Origin: Fibrobacter succinogenes subsp. succinogenes S85
GTDB lineage: Bacteria > Fibrobacterota > Fibrobacteria > Fibrobacterales > Fibrobacteraceae
Assembly: GCF_000146505.1 (NCBI RefSeq)
Contig: NC_017448.1
Coordinates: 2,430,001-2,462,000, forward strand
Length of the DNA stretch: 32,000 bases
Reading direction: 5' to 3'
Shown: in pieces, positions 7,004 through 14,466 of the stretch
Numbering within the stretch: position 1 is the first letter of the stretch
Layout of the letters: every line of letters begins with the position of its first letter
The notes under the pieces: model-generated
Database searches by the model: none
What the model was told of the DNA's origin: nothing
The model's input: the letters and a program-made list of their open reading frames with translations, nothing else
Position numbers and translations under genes: made by a program

Positions 7004-9151
7004 ATGAATAAGTTGTTTAAAGTCGCCTCATTGTTGCCTTTTTTTGTGGCACCGCTTTTTGCACATGTCAACGTGGCCTCTTACAAGAGCTATGTGGATT
7101 CGCTTTTGCCTGGCTCGCGTTTTGGAATGTCGCTTCGCTCTGTGAAAATGGGCAAGGAAATCGGGAATGTGAACGGCAATGAATTGTTCACTCCGGCAAG
7201 TACGCTCAAGACTTTGACGACGGCCGCTGCAATTCATTTGTTGCCTTTAGACTATGAGCCGAAAACCGAAATGACGGTGTTTGGCGATATCAACAAAAAG
7301 AAGCGTACGCTGACGGGAACGCTTAAAGTCCGTGGCGAAGGCGACCCGAACATCTCGGCGAGATATTACGATGACCCGTTCTACATTTTGAACAACATGG
7401 CCGATTCCCTCCGTGCGATGGGCGTTGATACGATTGTAGGTCAAATTGATTTGGATACGAGTTATTATACGGGTCCGTGGAAGGCAGAAAATTGGCGCCG
7501 CAATTATTATGATTCCTGGTACGGTGCTGAAATTGGTCCGCTAGGTTTTAACGACAACTGTGTGACCATCCGTTTTTGGCCGGGGTATTTCATTGGCGAT
7601 ACTGCAGTCGTTTCTATACAGCCCGACGTGGGCTATGTCAAGGTTGTAAACAACTTAAAGACTGTCAAGGGAACTAAGAAAAAATGGGTCTATGGAATTG
7701 ATCCGGACAAGTCTATCATTACGCTTGGCGGGACGATTGGCGAAGATATCGATTCTGCAAGTATGGTGCTCCCCATCCGTAATCCGATTGGATATTTCAG
7801 GGCGGCGTTTATGTACGCGCTCAAGGATCGCGGCATCGTCTTTAAGGAAGATGCAACAATTGCTTCCAATACAGAACTGAAAAAGTTCTCGTATTCGGCG
7901 GCGCCTCTCTTGAGTATCCTTGACGAAATCAATCAGCGCAGCCAGAACTTCCATGCTGAAACGCTGTTGAGAAATCTCGGGGCGCAAATTGCAGGCGAAG
8001 GCAGCGTTGAAGGCGGTCGCAAGGCGGAACGCCGGTTCCTCCAGGATATGGGACTGAAAGCATCTGATTTTGAAGTGTTCGATGGCAGTGGACTTTCTCC
8101 TGAAAACAAGGTGAAACCTTCAACAGTCGCGAGATTGCTGGCGAAGATGGCTCGCCACCCGAAGGGTGCCTACTATATCAATAGTTTTGCAAGTCCGGGC
8201 GTGGGCTCCGGTGCAAAGCGAATGATCGATTTTGAAGCCCCGTGGCTTACACGATTCAAGACGGGCTACATTGCGGAAGTCCACGGCTTGGTCGGTTATA
8301 TTTACACGGTGGATGGCGATACGCTGACGGCGGCCATGTACTTGAACGGCACCAATACCAATCCGGATTACAAGAGCAAGGATGTTCTCGATACGCTTTG
8401 GATGCGCCTTATCAGCTACACCAACAATAATTACAAGTCGCTTTTGCAAATGAAGACTTTGTGGCTTGATGCCCAGGGCGTTAGCGGGCTCAACAAGCGC
8501 CTGGATTATTTCTCGAAGCGCTTGATTGGAACTCCCTATAAGCTTGGCCCGATGGGCGAAGGCCATTTGGATACGGTTGAAGATAAGCCGCTAGTTTATC
8601 TGGACTCAGTTGATTGTGTGACGTACTTGGAACATGTCGTTGCCCTTGCGATGGCTAAGAGCGAAAAGTCTCTGTATCGCCAGTTGCAGCGCCTCCGTTA
8701 TAAAGGCGGCAAGGTGAGTTTCCTCAACCGTAAGCATTACCTGCTTGACGACTGGGTGGGCGAAGGCAAGTATGCAAAAGTCATCCCGATGGAAAACGAA
8801 GTTTCTGTGGAACGCACGATGCCCAAGAGGGAATTCTTCACTAACCACAACGTGAAATACACGGGCAAGGATACGCCTGTCAATGTGCGCTATATGCCTT
8901 TGGACAAGGCGATTGAAATGGCAAAGAAAACGTACAAGGGCGCCATGAAGGTTCTTGGCGTAGGCATTGTCGGGAGTTCTGACAAGATTGACCTCACGCA
9001 TACGGGATTTGTGATTTTCTATCCGGGACAAAAGCCGATACTGCGCCACGCTTCATCGCAAAAGAAGCAAGTCGTAGAAGTCCCGCTCGCCGAATACCTG
9101 CAGACCCGCAAAGTCCCCGGCGTCACGTTCTTTAAGTTTATTCAGCACTAG
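7004..9151 (+). CDS. dacB: D-alanyl-D-alanine carboxypeptidase/endopeptidase (PBP4, peptidase S13) fused to a C-terminal DUF1460 (NlpC/P60-like amidase-like) domain
   Basis: Signal peptide. SxxK = ASTLKT (nt 7199-7210), SxN = RSQNFHAE, KTG = FKTGYI. The C-terminal roughly 220 aa (from about nt 8480) has GTPYKLGPMGEG...DSVDCVTYLEHVVALA...RYKGGKVSFLNRKHYLLDDW...THTGFV...LRHAS, matching my recollection of DUF1460. Confidence 0.8.
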   Translation: MNKLFKVASLLPFFVAPLFAHVNVASYKSYVDSLLPGSRFGMSLRSVKMGKEIGNVNGNELFTPASTLKTLTTAAAIHLLPLDYEPKTEMTVFGDINKKKRTLTGTLKVRGEGDPNISARYYDDPFYILNNMADSLRAMGVDTIVGQIDLDTSYYTGPWKAENWRRNYYDSWYGAEIGPLGFNDNCVTIRFWPGYFIGDTAVVSIQPDVGYVKVVNNLKTVKGTKKKWVYGIDPDKSIITLGGTIGEDIDSASMVLPIRNPIGYFRAAFMYALKDRGIVFKEDATIASNTELKKFSYSAAPLLSILDEINQRSQNFHAETLLRNLGAQIAGEGSVEGGRKAERRFLQDMGLKASDFEVFDGSGLSPENKVKPSTVARLLAKMARHPKGAYYINSFASPGVGSGAKRMIDFEAPWLTRFKTGYIAEVHGLVGYIYTVDGDTLTAAMYLNGTNTNPDYKSKDVLDTLWMRLISYTNNNYKSLLQMKTLWLDAQGVSGLNKRLDYFSKRLIGTPYKLGPMGEGHLDTVEDKPLVYLDSVDCVTYLEHVVALAMAKSEKSLYRQLQRLRYKGGKVSFLNRKHYLLDDWVGEGKYAKVIPMENEVSVERTMPKREFFTNHNVKYTGKDTPVNVRYMPLDKAIEMAKKTYKGAMKVLGVGIVGSSDKIDLTHTGFVIFYPGQKPILRHASSQKKQVVEVPLAEYLQTRKVPGVTFFKFIQH

Positions 9152-9174
9152 CTGTTAGTCAATAGTAGATTGCC

Positions 9175-9264
9175 CTTTGTCATGCCGGATTTTATTTTCT
9201 TTGACCACTTAATACTTTAGTATTTATGTGGTCATGATCCGCGGATGGGGACGGCATCTCCTTT
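9175..9264 (+). repeat. expanded copy of a conserved terminator-like hairpin element (CTTTGTCATGCCG ... CGGCATCTCCTTT) carrying a 64-nt internal segment with its own hairpin
   Basis: The 13-nt flanks at 9175-9187 and 9252-9264 are identical to 28834-28846 and 28856-28868. In the 28.8-kb copy only 9 nt separate them. The internal segment has the imperfect hairpin GACCACTTAATAC-TTTA-GTATTTATGTGGTC. Confidence 0.6.
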
Positions 9265-9371
9265 ATCTTTGCTTTTATACATGCAGTCATCTACTTGGAC
9301 GATGCGTCTTGAAGTTGTAAGGAATTTTATATAAATTCATCTTTGAAAATTTAAACATAGGAGAATCTCTT

Positions 9372-10316
9372 ATGGAAAAGAAAGTGAAAACGTTTGGATT
9401 TGAAAAAATGCTCGCCGTTTTGGTGGTTGCCTTTGCATGCGAGTGCATGTGGGGGTGTTCGGACGATGTGACGTTTGAATGGGAAAGAACTCGGCGAAAT
9501 GCTAAGGTTATCGGCTTTGTCGATGACTCGTTGGTGATGGTGGGCGATTATCGTTTTTGGCTAGAATCGAAAGAGACGTGGAATGGGGGGCGCTATGACG
9601 ATGAAGATGCCGGAAATCCTCGTTTGTGCGTTTATAATTATCGTGTGCAGGAAGATGGCCCTCGGTGGTGTGATTCTGTATCGGAGTTGCATTCGTCAAG
9701 TTGGTTCTATGGGCAGTTGACGGATTCTGTAGTTTGGGGAAGTGGCTTGCCCAATTCTATTAAGTTATGGAAAATAGGAGAGAAACCACATGAATTGAAA
9801 TTGAATCCTGAATTTGAAGGATGTAGTAAAAAAGTTGATGCAAGGCGTATACATGAATGGGTTGATGGCAAGTTTATTGTTTTGGGGACTGCATCTGTAA
9901 ACGGAAAAACTTTAGAAAATGCTTTTTTTGCGCCAGAATATGGTGATGAATATTGTCAATATGCCGTTTTGGATACTTTGAAAAGAATTGTTACTTATAA
10001 ACGGCTGGAAAAGGATTTGGAATGGATTAGGAAATGTGATGATTTAAAAGCGATAGGTGAAGATGTGTATTGTTTGTTTTTGGATAAACGTTTGTTTAAT
10101 GTGTATGTTGCTGTAAATTCAGAAATTAAGGATAGCTTGATGAAAGAAACATTTAAGTTGAATAGATTTGCGAATGTGGCCTTTATTGGGAGTTACATGA
10201 ATATATATCAAAGTCTTTGTGCTTTTGGAAATGGCTGGCATAAATGGATAACGAATTTTAATTCGCAAGGTATTTCGTTTGGTGATGGAAATGGGGATTA
10301 CATAACCTATGAATAG
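9372..10316 (+). CDS. hypothetical lipoprotein (AT-rich islet gene 1)
   Basis: 314-aa ORF with AGGAG 8 nt upstream. Signal peptide with Cys-containing lipobox region (VVAFACECMWGCSDD). Trp/Cys-rich and markedly AT-rich. No family recognised. Confidence 0.65.
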   Translation: MEKKVKTFGFEKMLAVLVVAFACECMWGCSDDVTFEWERTRRNAKVIGFVDDSLVMVGDYRFWLESKETWNGGRYDDEDAGNPRLCVYNYRVQEDGPRWCDSVSELHSSSWFYGQLTDSVVWGSGLPNSIKLWKIGEKPHELKLNPEFEGCSKKVDARRIHEWVDGKFIVLGTASVNGKTLENAFFAPEYGDEYCQYAVLDTLKRIVTYKRLEKDLEWIRKCDDLKAIGEDVYCLFLDKRLFNVYVAVNSEIKDSLMKETFKLNRFANVAFIGSYMNIYQSLCAFGNGWHKWITNFNSQGISFGDGNGDYITYE

Positions 10317-10959
10317 AGTGATTGTGGAAAAATTACTTGTTTTTGTGATGGTTTTTACCATTAGTTGTTTCGCTGTTTCCAAACCGATGGAGTCTGTAGA
10401 AAACTACAATATCCTAATGGTTCATGGTGCATATGGCTGGAATGAAGGATTTATTTGGCCTCATATGCCAAAAAGTTATTGGGAAGATGATTATGGAATG
10501 GAAGATCTGTGGTTCCAAGATCATGTTGAGTATGGGACGATTATTGGAGAGGATACGATTTTTGCTAATCCGAAATTATCCGATGTTATTAAAAAACTGG
10601 ATGAAGAACTTCCTTCAGCCTACGATGATACTGTTTATTTAGGGAAGGCAAATCTTGGTCGTTATGATAGTGAAGATCGACTTACCTATTGGTTGAACAA
10701 GAATATTTTCGAAGACGATTCATCTAGGAAACCTCGAGATTCGTATATCTACCATTGGCGTTCTTTTTCGAATCCGGCGAATAGTTCCAGCAATAATGCT
10801 CATGAATTAGGTGATAGAAAATGGAATCAGGGAAATTTGTCTTTTGGAAATGGCGGATTTGGTCATCGTCGAACTTTGATGGAAGAAGCTCAAGAAGTGA
10901 AAGCATGGGGTGTGAGTGAAATTCAGAATGAAATTGCCCATACCTCAAAGGAGCTTTAG
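10309..10959 (+). CDS. hypothetical secreted protein (AT-rich islet gene 2), possibly a truncated alpha/beta-hydrolase-like remnant
   Basis: 216-aa ORF overlapping the upstream stop by 8 nt (ATGAATAG). Signal peptide. NILMVHGAYGW resembles the oxyanion-loop start of lipase-type hydrolases, but no GxSxG nucleophile follows. The last 8 codons and the stop lie inside repeat 10936-10980. Confidence 0.5.
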   Translation: MNRVIVEKLLVFVMVFTISCFAVSKPMESVENYNILMVHGAYGWNEGFIWPHMPKSYWEDDYGMEDLWFQDHVEYGTIIGEDTIFANPKLSDVIKKLDEELPSAYDDTVYLGKANLGRYDSEDRLTYWLNKNIFEDDSSRKPRDSYIYHWRSFSNPANSSSNNAHELGDRKWNQGNLSFGNGGFGHRRTLMEEAQEVKAWGVSEIQNEIAHTSKEL

Positions 10960-10980
10960 CTCCGAGCTCATACCCCAAAA
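10936..10980 (+). repeat. copy of the CCCATACC-type intergenic repeat family
   Basis: CCCATACCTCAAAGGAGCTTTAGCTCCGAGCTCATACCCCAAAA starts like 29564 (CCCATACCCCAAAG), contains the hairpin GGAGC-TTTA-GCTCC, and ends in CTCATACC as at 29606. The reverse complement of 10961-10978 resembles 1230-1247. Confidence 0.6.
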
Positions 10981-10984
10981 ACCG

Positions 10985-11452
10985 CTACAACAGCGAATCT
11001 AGCGCGACGATGGCCACAAGGCTGTAGTCGCCTTTTTTGTCTTCTGGCGCGGAGGCTTCGTCAAAGGCGTTGTTTTCGAAAATCGTCCAGGCGTCGGGTT
11101 CCCACCCGTAGGCATTCATCGTGAGCTCGTTGCCCATCGCAATTTCGGCGGCTTCGACCTCTTCCCACTTGATGTTCCCGGCGGGCGCCTTGTAGTAGCG
11201 CAACATGCCGATTGCGTCCATCATTTCGGGATAGTTGTCCACAAACTCGTAAACGCAGTCCTTGTAGCTCTTGCCGCTTACGCGCACGACTTCGAACGTT
11301 CTGTTGTCCTGAAGGAACTTGGAAAGGTCGCCGTGGTGCATCTCGATTTTGGCATTCTTGCCAAAGAACGTAGTGAGTTCGCGAAAAACTTCGGAATCTT
11401 CTTCGAGAAGCGGCGCGAGCCTCTTGATTTGCGATGTAATTTCTTCTGGCAT
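10985..11452 (-). CDS. hypothetical cytoplasmic protein (155 aa, acidic)
   Basis: Clean ORF with normal G+C, convergent on the AT-rich islet. No signal peptide and no motif I can name. The overlapping 121-aa ORF 11278-11643 is less plausible. Confidence 0.6.
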   Translation of the reverse strand: MPEEITSQIKRLAPLLEEDSEVFRELTTFFGKNAKIEMHHGDLSKFLQDNRTFEVVRVSGKSYKDCVYEFVDNYPEMMDAIGMLRYYKAPAGNIKWEEVEAAEIAMGNELTMNAYGWEPDAWTIFENNAFDEASAPEDKKGDYSLVAIVALDSLL

Positions 11453-11663
11453 GGCCTAAAGATAAGAAATTTGTATTTTACGGGAGCGCGCAAAAATGAA
11501 ACGCCTTGATTTGACCTCGTTTTTAGGGGTAAATTGTGAGTTAATTTTGGGCGTAAAGTTCGCTTTTTATGGTAGCTCTTACTATCTTTATGGCGAAAAA
11601 GGGCTCCAGGGAAGTACCTTGGGGAAACCGTTTCGGTTGTCAAAGAAATAAAACGAAGGATTT

Positions 11664-12947
11664 ATGGCAAATCGTGTTGTTATCGGCTCCCAGTGGGGCG
11701 ACGAAGGAAAAGCCAAGGTTGTAGATTTCTTAACGCTCGATGCAGACTATATCGTGCGTTTCCAGGGCGGCGCTAACGCCGGTCACACTGTGGAAGTTGG
11801 CGACAAGAAGTTCGTCTTCCACCTTATTCCCTCGGGCATTATGCACCCGGACAAGATTTGCGTCATCGGTAACGGTGTCGTGCTCGACCCGATCCAGACT
11901 CTGAACGAAATTGCTGACCTTCACACGAAGGGCATCAACCCGGAAGGCCGTCTGTTCATCGCTAACAACGCACACGTCGTGCTCCCGTACCACTCCACCT
12001 TGGACCGCGCCAAGGAAAAGAAGGCCGGCAAGGCCGCTATCGGTACTACGGGTCGCGGTATCGGTCCGTGCTATAGCGACAAGGTGAACCGCATCGGTGT
12101 CCGCGTGGGTGACCTCATGGACGAACGCGAACTCCGTCCGCGCGTTGAAGCCATGGCCAAGGTCCACAACGAAGAATTTAAGGTGATGTACGATGTTCCG
12201 GAAATTGATCCGGAAGTGGTCATCAAGGACTATCTTGAACTCGGCCAGAAGATCAAGCCGTTCGTTGCTGACGTGAGCGAAATGCTCTACAAGGCAGTGA
12301 AGGAAGGCAAGCGCCTCGTGTTCGAAGGTGCTCAGGGTACTATCCTTGACGTCGACCAGGGTACCTACCCGTTCGTGACCTCCAGCAACACGGTTGCCGG
12401 TTACGCAAGCTGCGGCGCAGGCATTGGCCCCACGGCTATCGACCAGGTTGTCGGTGTCGTCAAGGCTTACACGACCCGCGTGGGTAACGGTCCGTTCCCG
12501 ACCGAACTTTTGGACGAAACGGGCGACACGCTCCGCAAGATCGGTAACGAATATGGTGCAACGACCGGTCGTAACCGCCGCTGCGGTTGGTTCGACGCTC
12601 CGGTGGTCCGCAAGGCTGCCGTGGTGAATGGCCTCACGCACCTCGCCATCACGAAGCTCGACGTGCTCGACACGTTCGATACCATCAAGATTTGCACTCA
12701 CTACGAATGCGATGGTGAAAAGATTGAAAACTTCCCGAACCAGCTTTCCAAGGTCGGACGTTGCGTGCCGGTTTACGAAGAAATGCCGGGTTGGAAGTGC
12801 GATACGACCAAGTGCCGTAAGCTTGAAGAATTGCCGGCTAACGCTCGCAAGTACCTCGAACGCATGGCTGAACTTGTCGGCGTGAAGATCGGTATGATTT
12901 CTATCGGCGCTAAGCGCGATCAGAGCATCGTCGTTGATCTCGACTAA
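11664..12947 (+). CDS. purA: adenylosuccinate synthase
   Basis: GSQWGDEGKAKVVD, GGANAGHTV, TTGRGIGPCYSDK, EGAQG, ATTGRNRRCGWFD and TKLDVLD are all canonical PurA blocks. GAAGGA lies 4 nt upstream of the ATG. Confidence 0.97.
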   Translation: MANRVVIGSQWGDEGKAKVVDFLTLDADYIVRFQGGANAGHTVEVGDKKFVFHLIPSGIMHPDKICVIGNGVVLDPIQTLNEIADLHTKGINPEGRLFIANNAHVVLPYHSTLDRAKEKKAGKAAIGTTGRGIGPCYSDKVNRIGVRVGDLMDERELRPRVEAMAKVHNEEFKVMYDVPEIDPEVVIKDYLELGQKIKPFVADVSEMLYKAVKEGKRLVFEGAQGTILDVDQGTYPFVTSSNTVAGYASCGAGIGPTAIDQVVGVVKAYTTRVGNGPFPTELLDETGDTLRKIGNEYGATTGRNRRCGWFDAPVVRKAAVVNGLTHLAITKLDVLDTFDTIKICTHYECDGEKIENFPNQLSKVGRCVPVYEEMPGWKCDTTKCRKLEELPANARKYLERMAELVGVKIGMISIGAKRDQSIVVDLD

Positions 12948-12967
12948 TTAAAAAAGGGGAAAATAAA

Positions 12968-13678
12968 ATGGATACATCCACAGTTGATTTGTTGAAGGGC
13001 GTCGAGCTCTTCTCTGAGTTGAACGAAGAACAGTTGGGGATGATTGCCAATCTGGTAATCGTCAAGAACTACAATCGTGATGAGACTGTGGTCCTGGAAG
13101 GGGACGATTCGGTACAAGCTCTGTACCTGATCGCCATGGGGTCCGTGCAGGTCTACATGACCGGCATTGATGGCCGCGAAACCATTTTGTCTTTCCTTGA
13201 ACGCGGGGACTTTTTCGGGGAAATGTCGCTCATTGACGGCGAACCCCGGTCTGCCTCCGTCCGTACGGTGACTGATGCGAAGTTGCTCGTCATCCACCGT
13301 GAATCGTTCCTCAGCCTCATCCGCAAGACTCCAGAAATCGCCATGGCTCTCATGAGCGAGCTCTGCAAGAGACTGCGCAAGGCGAACAAGCAGATTGGCT
13401 CCTTGTCGACAATGTCTGTGTCTGGCCGTGTGGCGGGAACGCTTTTGAATTTGATGCAGGAACGTGGTGTCCGCATCCATACGGACAACGGAAACATGGT
13501 AACAGTTATCCACAATCGTCCGACGCAACAGCAACTTGCCGACATGTCCGGTACGACCCGCGAAACAGTAAGCCGTATTTGCTCTTTGCTGGTGAAGACA
13601 AATGCAATTGCGATGACCGGCAAGGATATCGTCATCTTTGACGAAGACATGCTTCAAGAAAAAGCTACCAAGGGCTAA
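12968..13678 (+). CDS. Crp/Fnr family transcriptional regulator (cNMP-binding domain plus HTH)
   Basis: FGEMSLIDGEPRSASVRTVTDAKLLVI is a cyclic-nucleotide-binding fold signature. The C-terminal HTH is TQQQLADMSGTTRETVSRICSLL. Starts 20 nt after the purA stop, with AGGGGA upstream. Confidence 0.9.
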   Translation: MDTSTVDLLKGVELFSELNEEQLGMIANLVIVKNYNRDETVVLEGDDSVQALYLIAMGSVQVYMTGIDGRETILSFLERGDFFGEMSLIDGEPRSASVRTVTDAKLLVIHRESFLSLIRKTPEIAMALMSELCKRLRKANKQIGSLSTMSVSGRVAGTLLNLMQERGVRIHTDNGNMVTVIHNRPTQQQLADMSGTTRETVSRICSLLVKTNAIAMTGKDIVIFDEDMLQEKATKG

Positions 13679-13693
13679 GCCCAAGAATTTGTT

Positions 13694-14455
13694 ATGAATA
13701 AAATAAAGTCGCTTTGGAACAAGGTTAGACATACCGCCATTTTCAAGGCTTTCGTCATTTGGATTGTTGTTGTCATTGTGCTTGTCTTCATGGTCGATAA
13801 GCTTTTGATGCCTGCATTTGCAGGGGCGTTTGCCAGTACGGGCAAGGTGCCGAATCTCGAAGGGCTTTCGGAAAAGGCCGCTGAAACGGCTTTGACCGAG
13901 GCGGGCTTCAAGTTTGAATGGGTGAAGGAAGGCCGTTACAGCTCGCAGGTGCCGGCTGGCATGGTGCTTGTGCAGATGCCCAAAGCTGGCCGCACGGCAA
14001 AGATTGGCCGTACGGTAAGGCTCACGAAGAGCCTCGGGCTGCGTAAGGTGATTATTCCTGATTTGCGCGGCAAGAGCCAGAAGCAGGCGGATATCTCGCT
14101 TGTCCGAGCAGGCCTTGTCAACGGCGGTACAATCCAGGGCGCTCACCAGAGCATCCCGCGTGGTGCAGTTATCCGTACCATCCCGCTTGCAGGCGATACC
14201 GTTCGCGTGGGCGATACGGTGAAGGTCGTGATTTCTGCAGGCGCTACGACCGGTAGAGTTTTGCTCCCCAATTTTGAAGGAATCCTGATGGACGAAGTTT
14301 ATCCGCAGATGGATAGGCTTGGTTTCAAGGTGGGTTCTGTGAAACGCCAAAAGAGTGAAGACGGCGCTCGCCCAGGTTCTGTGATCGAAACTTCTCCGAA
14401 GTACGGTGACTATCTCAAGCCGGGCGCACGCGTGAACTTTATTATTGCGGACTAG
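13694..14455 (+). CDS. membrane-anchored PASTA-domain protein (one TM helix plus three PASTA repeats, no kinase or transpeptidase domain)
   Basis: N-terminal TM helix FKAFVIWIVVVIVLVFMV. Three repeats begin VPNLEGLSEKAAETALTEAGF, IPDLRGKSQKQADISLVRAGL and LPNFEGILMDEVYPQMDRLGF, each ending in a V-x-V/I strand. Confidence 0.8.
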   Translation: MNKIKSLWNKVRHTAIFKAFVIWIVVVIVLVFMVDKLLMPAFAGAFASTGKVPNLEGLSEKAAETALTEAGFKFEWVKEGRYSSQVPAGMVLVQMPKAGRTAKIGRTVRLTKSLGLRKVIIPDLRGKSQKQADISLVRAGLVNGGTIQGAHQSIPRGAVIRTIPLAGDTVRVGDTVKVVISAGATTGRVLLPNFEGILMDEVYPQMDRLGFKVGSVKRQKSEDGARPGSVIETSPKYGDYLKPGARVNFIIAD

Positions 14456-14466
14456 GGGTTGTATAA

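Noticed and set aside
11496-11651. 51-codon + strand ORF (MKRLDLTSFLGVNCEL...) with GGGAG 9 nt upstream, ending 12 nt before purA; also considered a purine/ZTP-type riboswitch in 11453-11663
   Set aside because: It is too short to support without conservation data. It lies in a divergent promoter region. I could not recognise any riboswitch consensus (no purine, ZTP/pfl or PRPP-like core) by eye. Worth an Rfam scan, but not reportable.
11730-12701. 323-aa minus-strand ORF antisense to purA; similarly 22926-23966 antisense to lepB and 30787-31617 antisense to the 631-aa gene
   Set aside because: These are shadow ORFs opposite confidently identified genes.
12944-14350. 468-aa minus-strand ORF spanning the crp and PASTA genes
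   Set aside because: It crosses two well-supported + strand genes and their intergenic spacer. The composition is typical of shadow ORFs.
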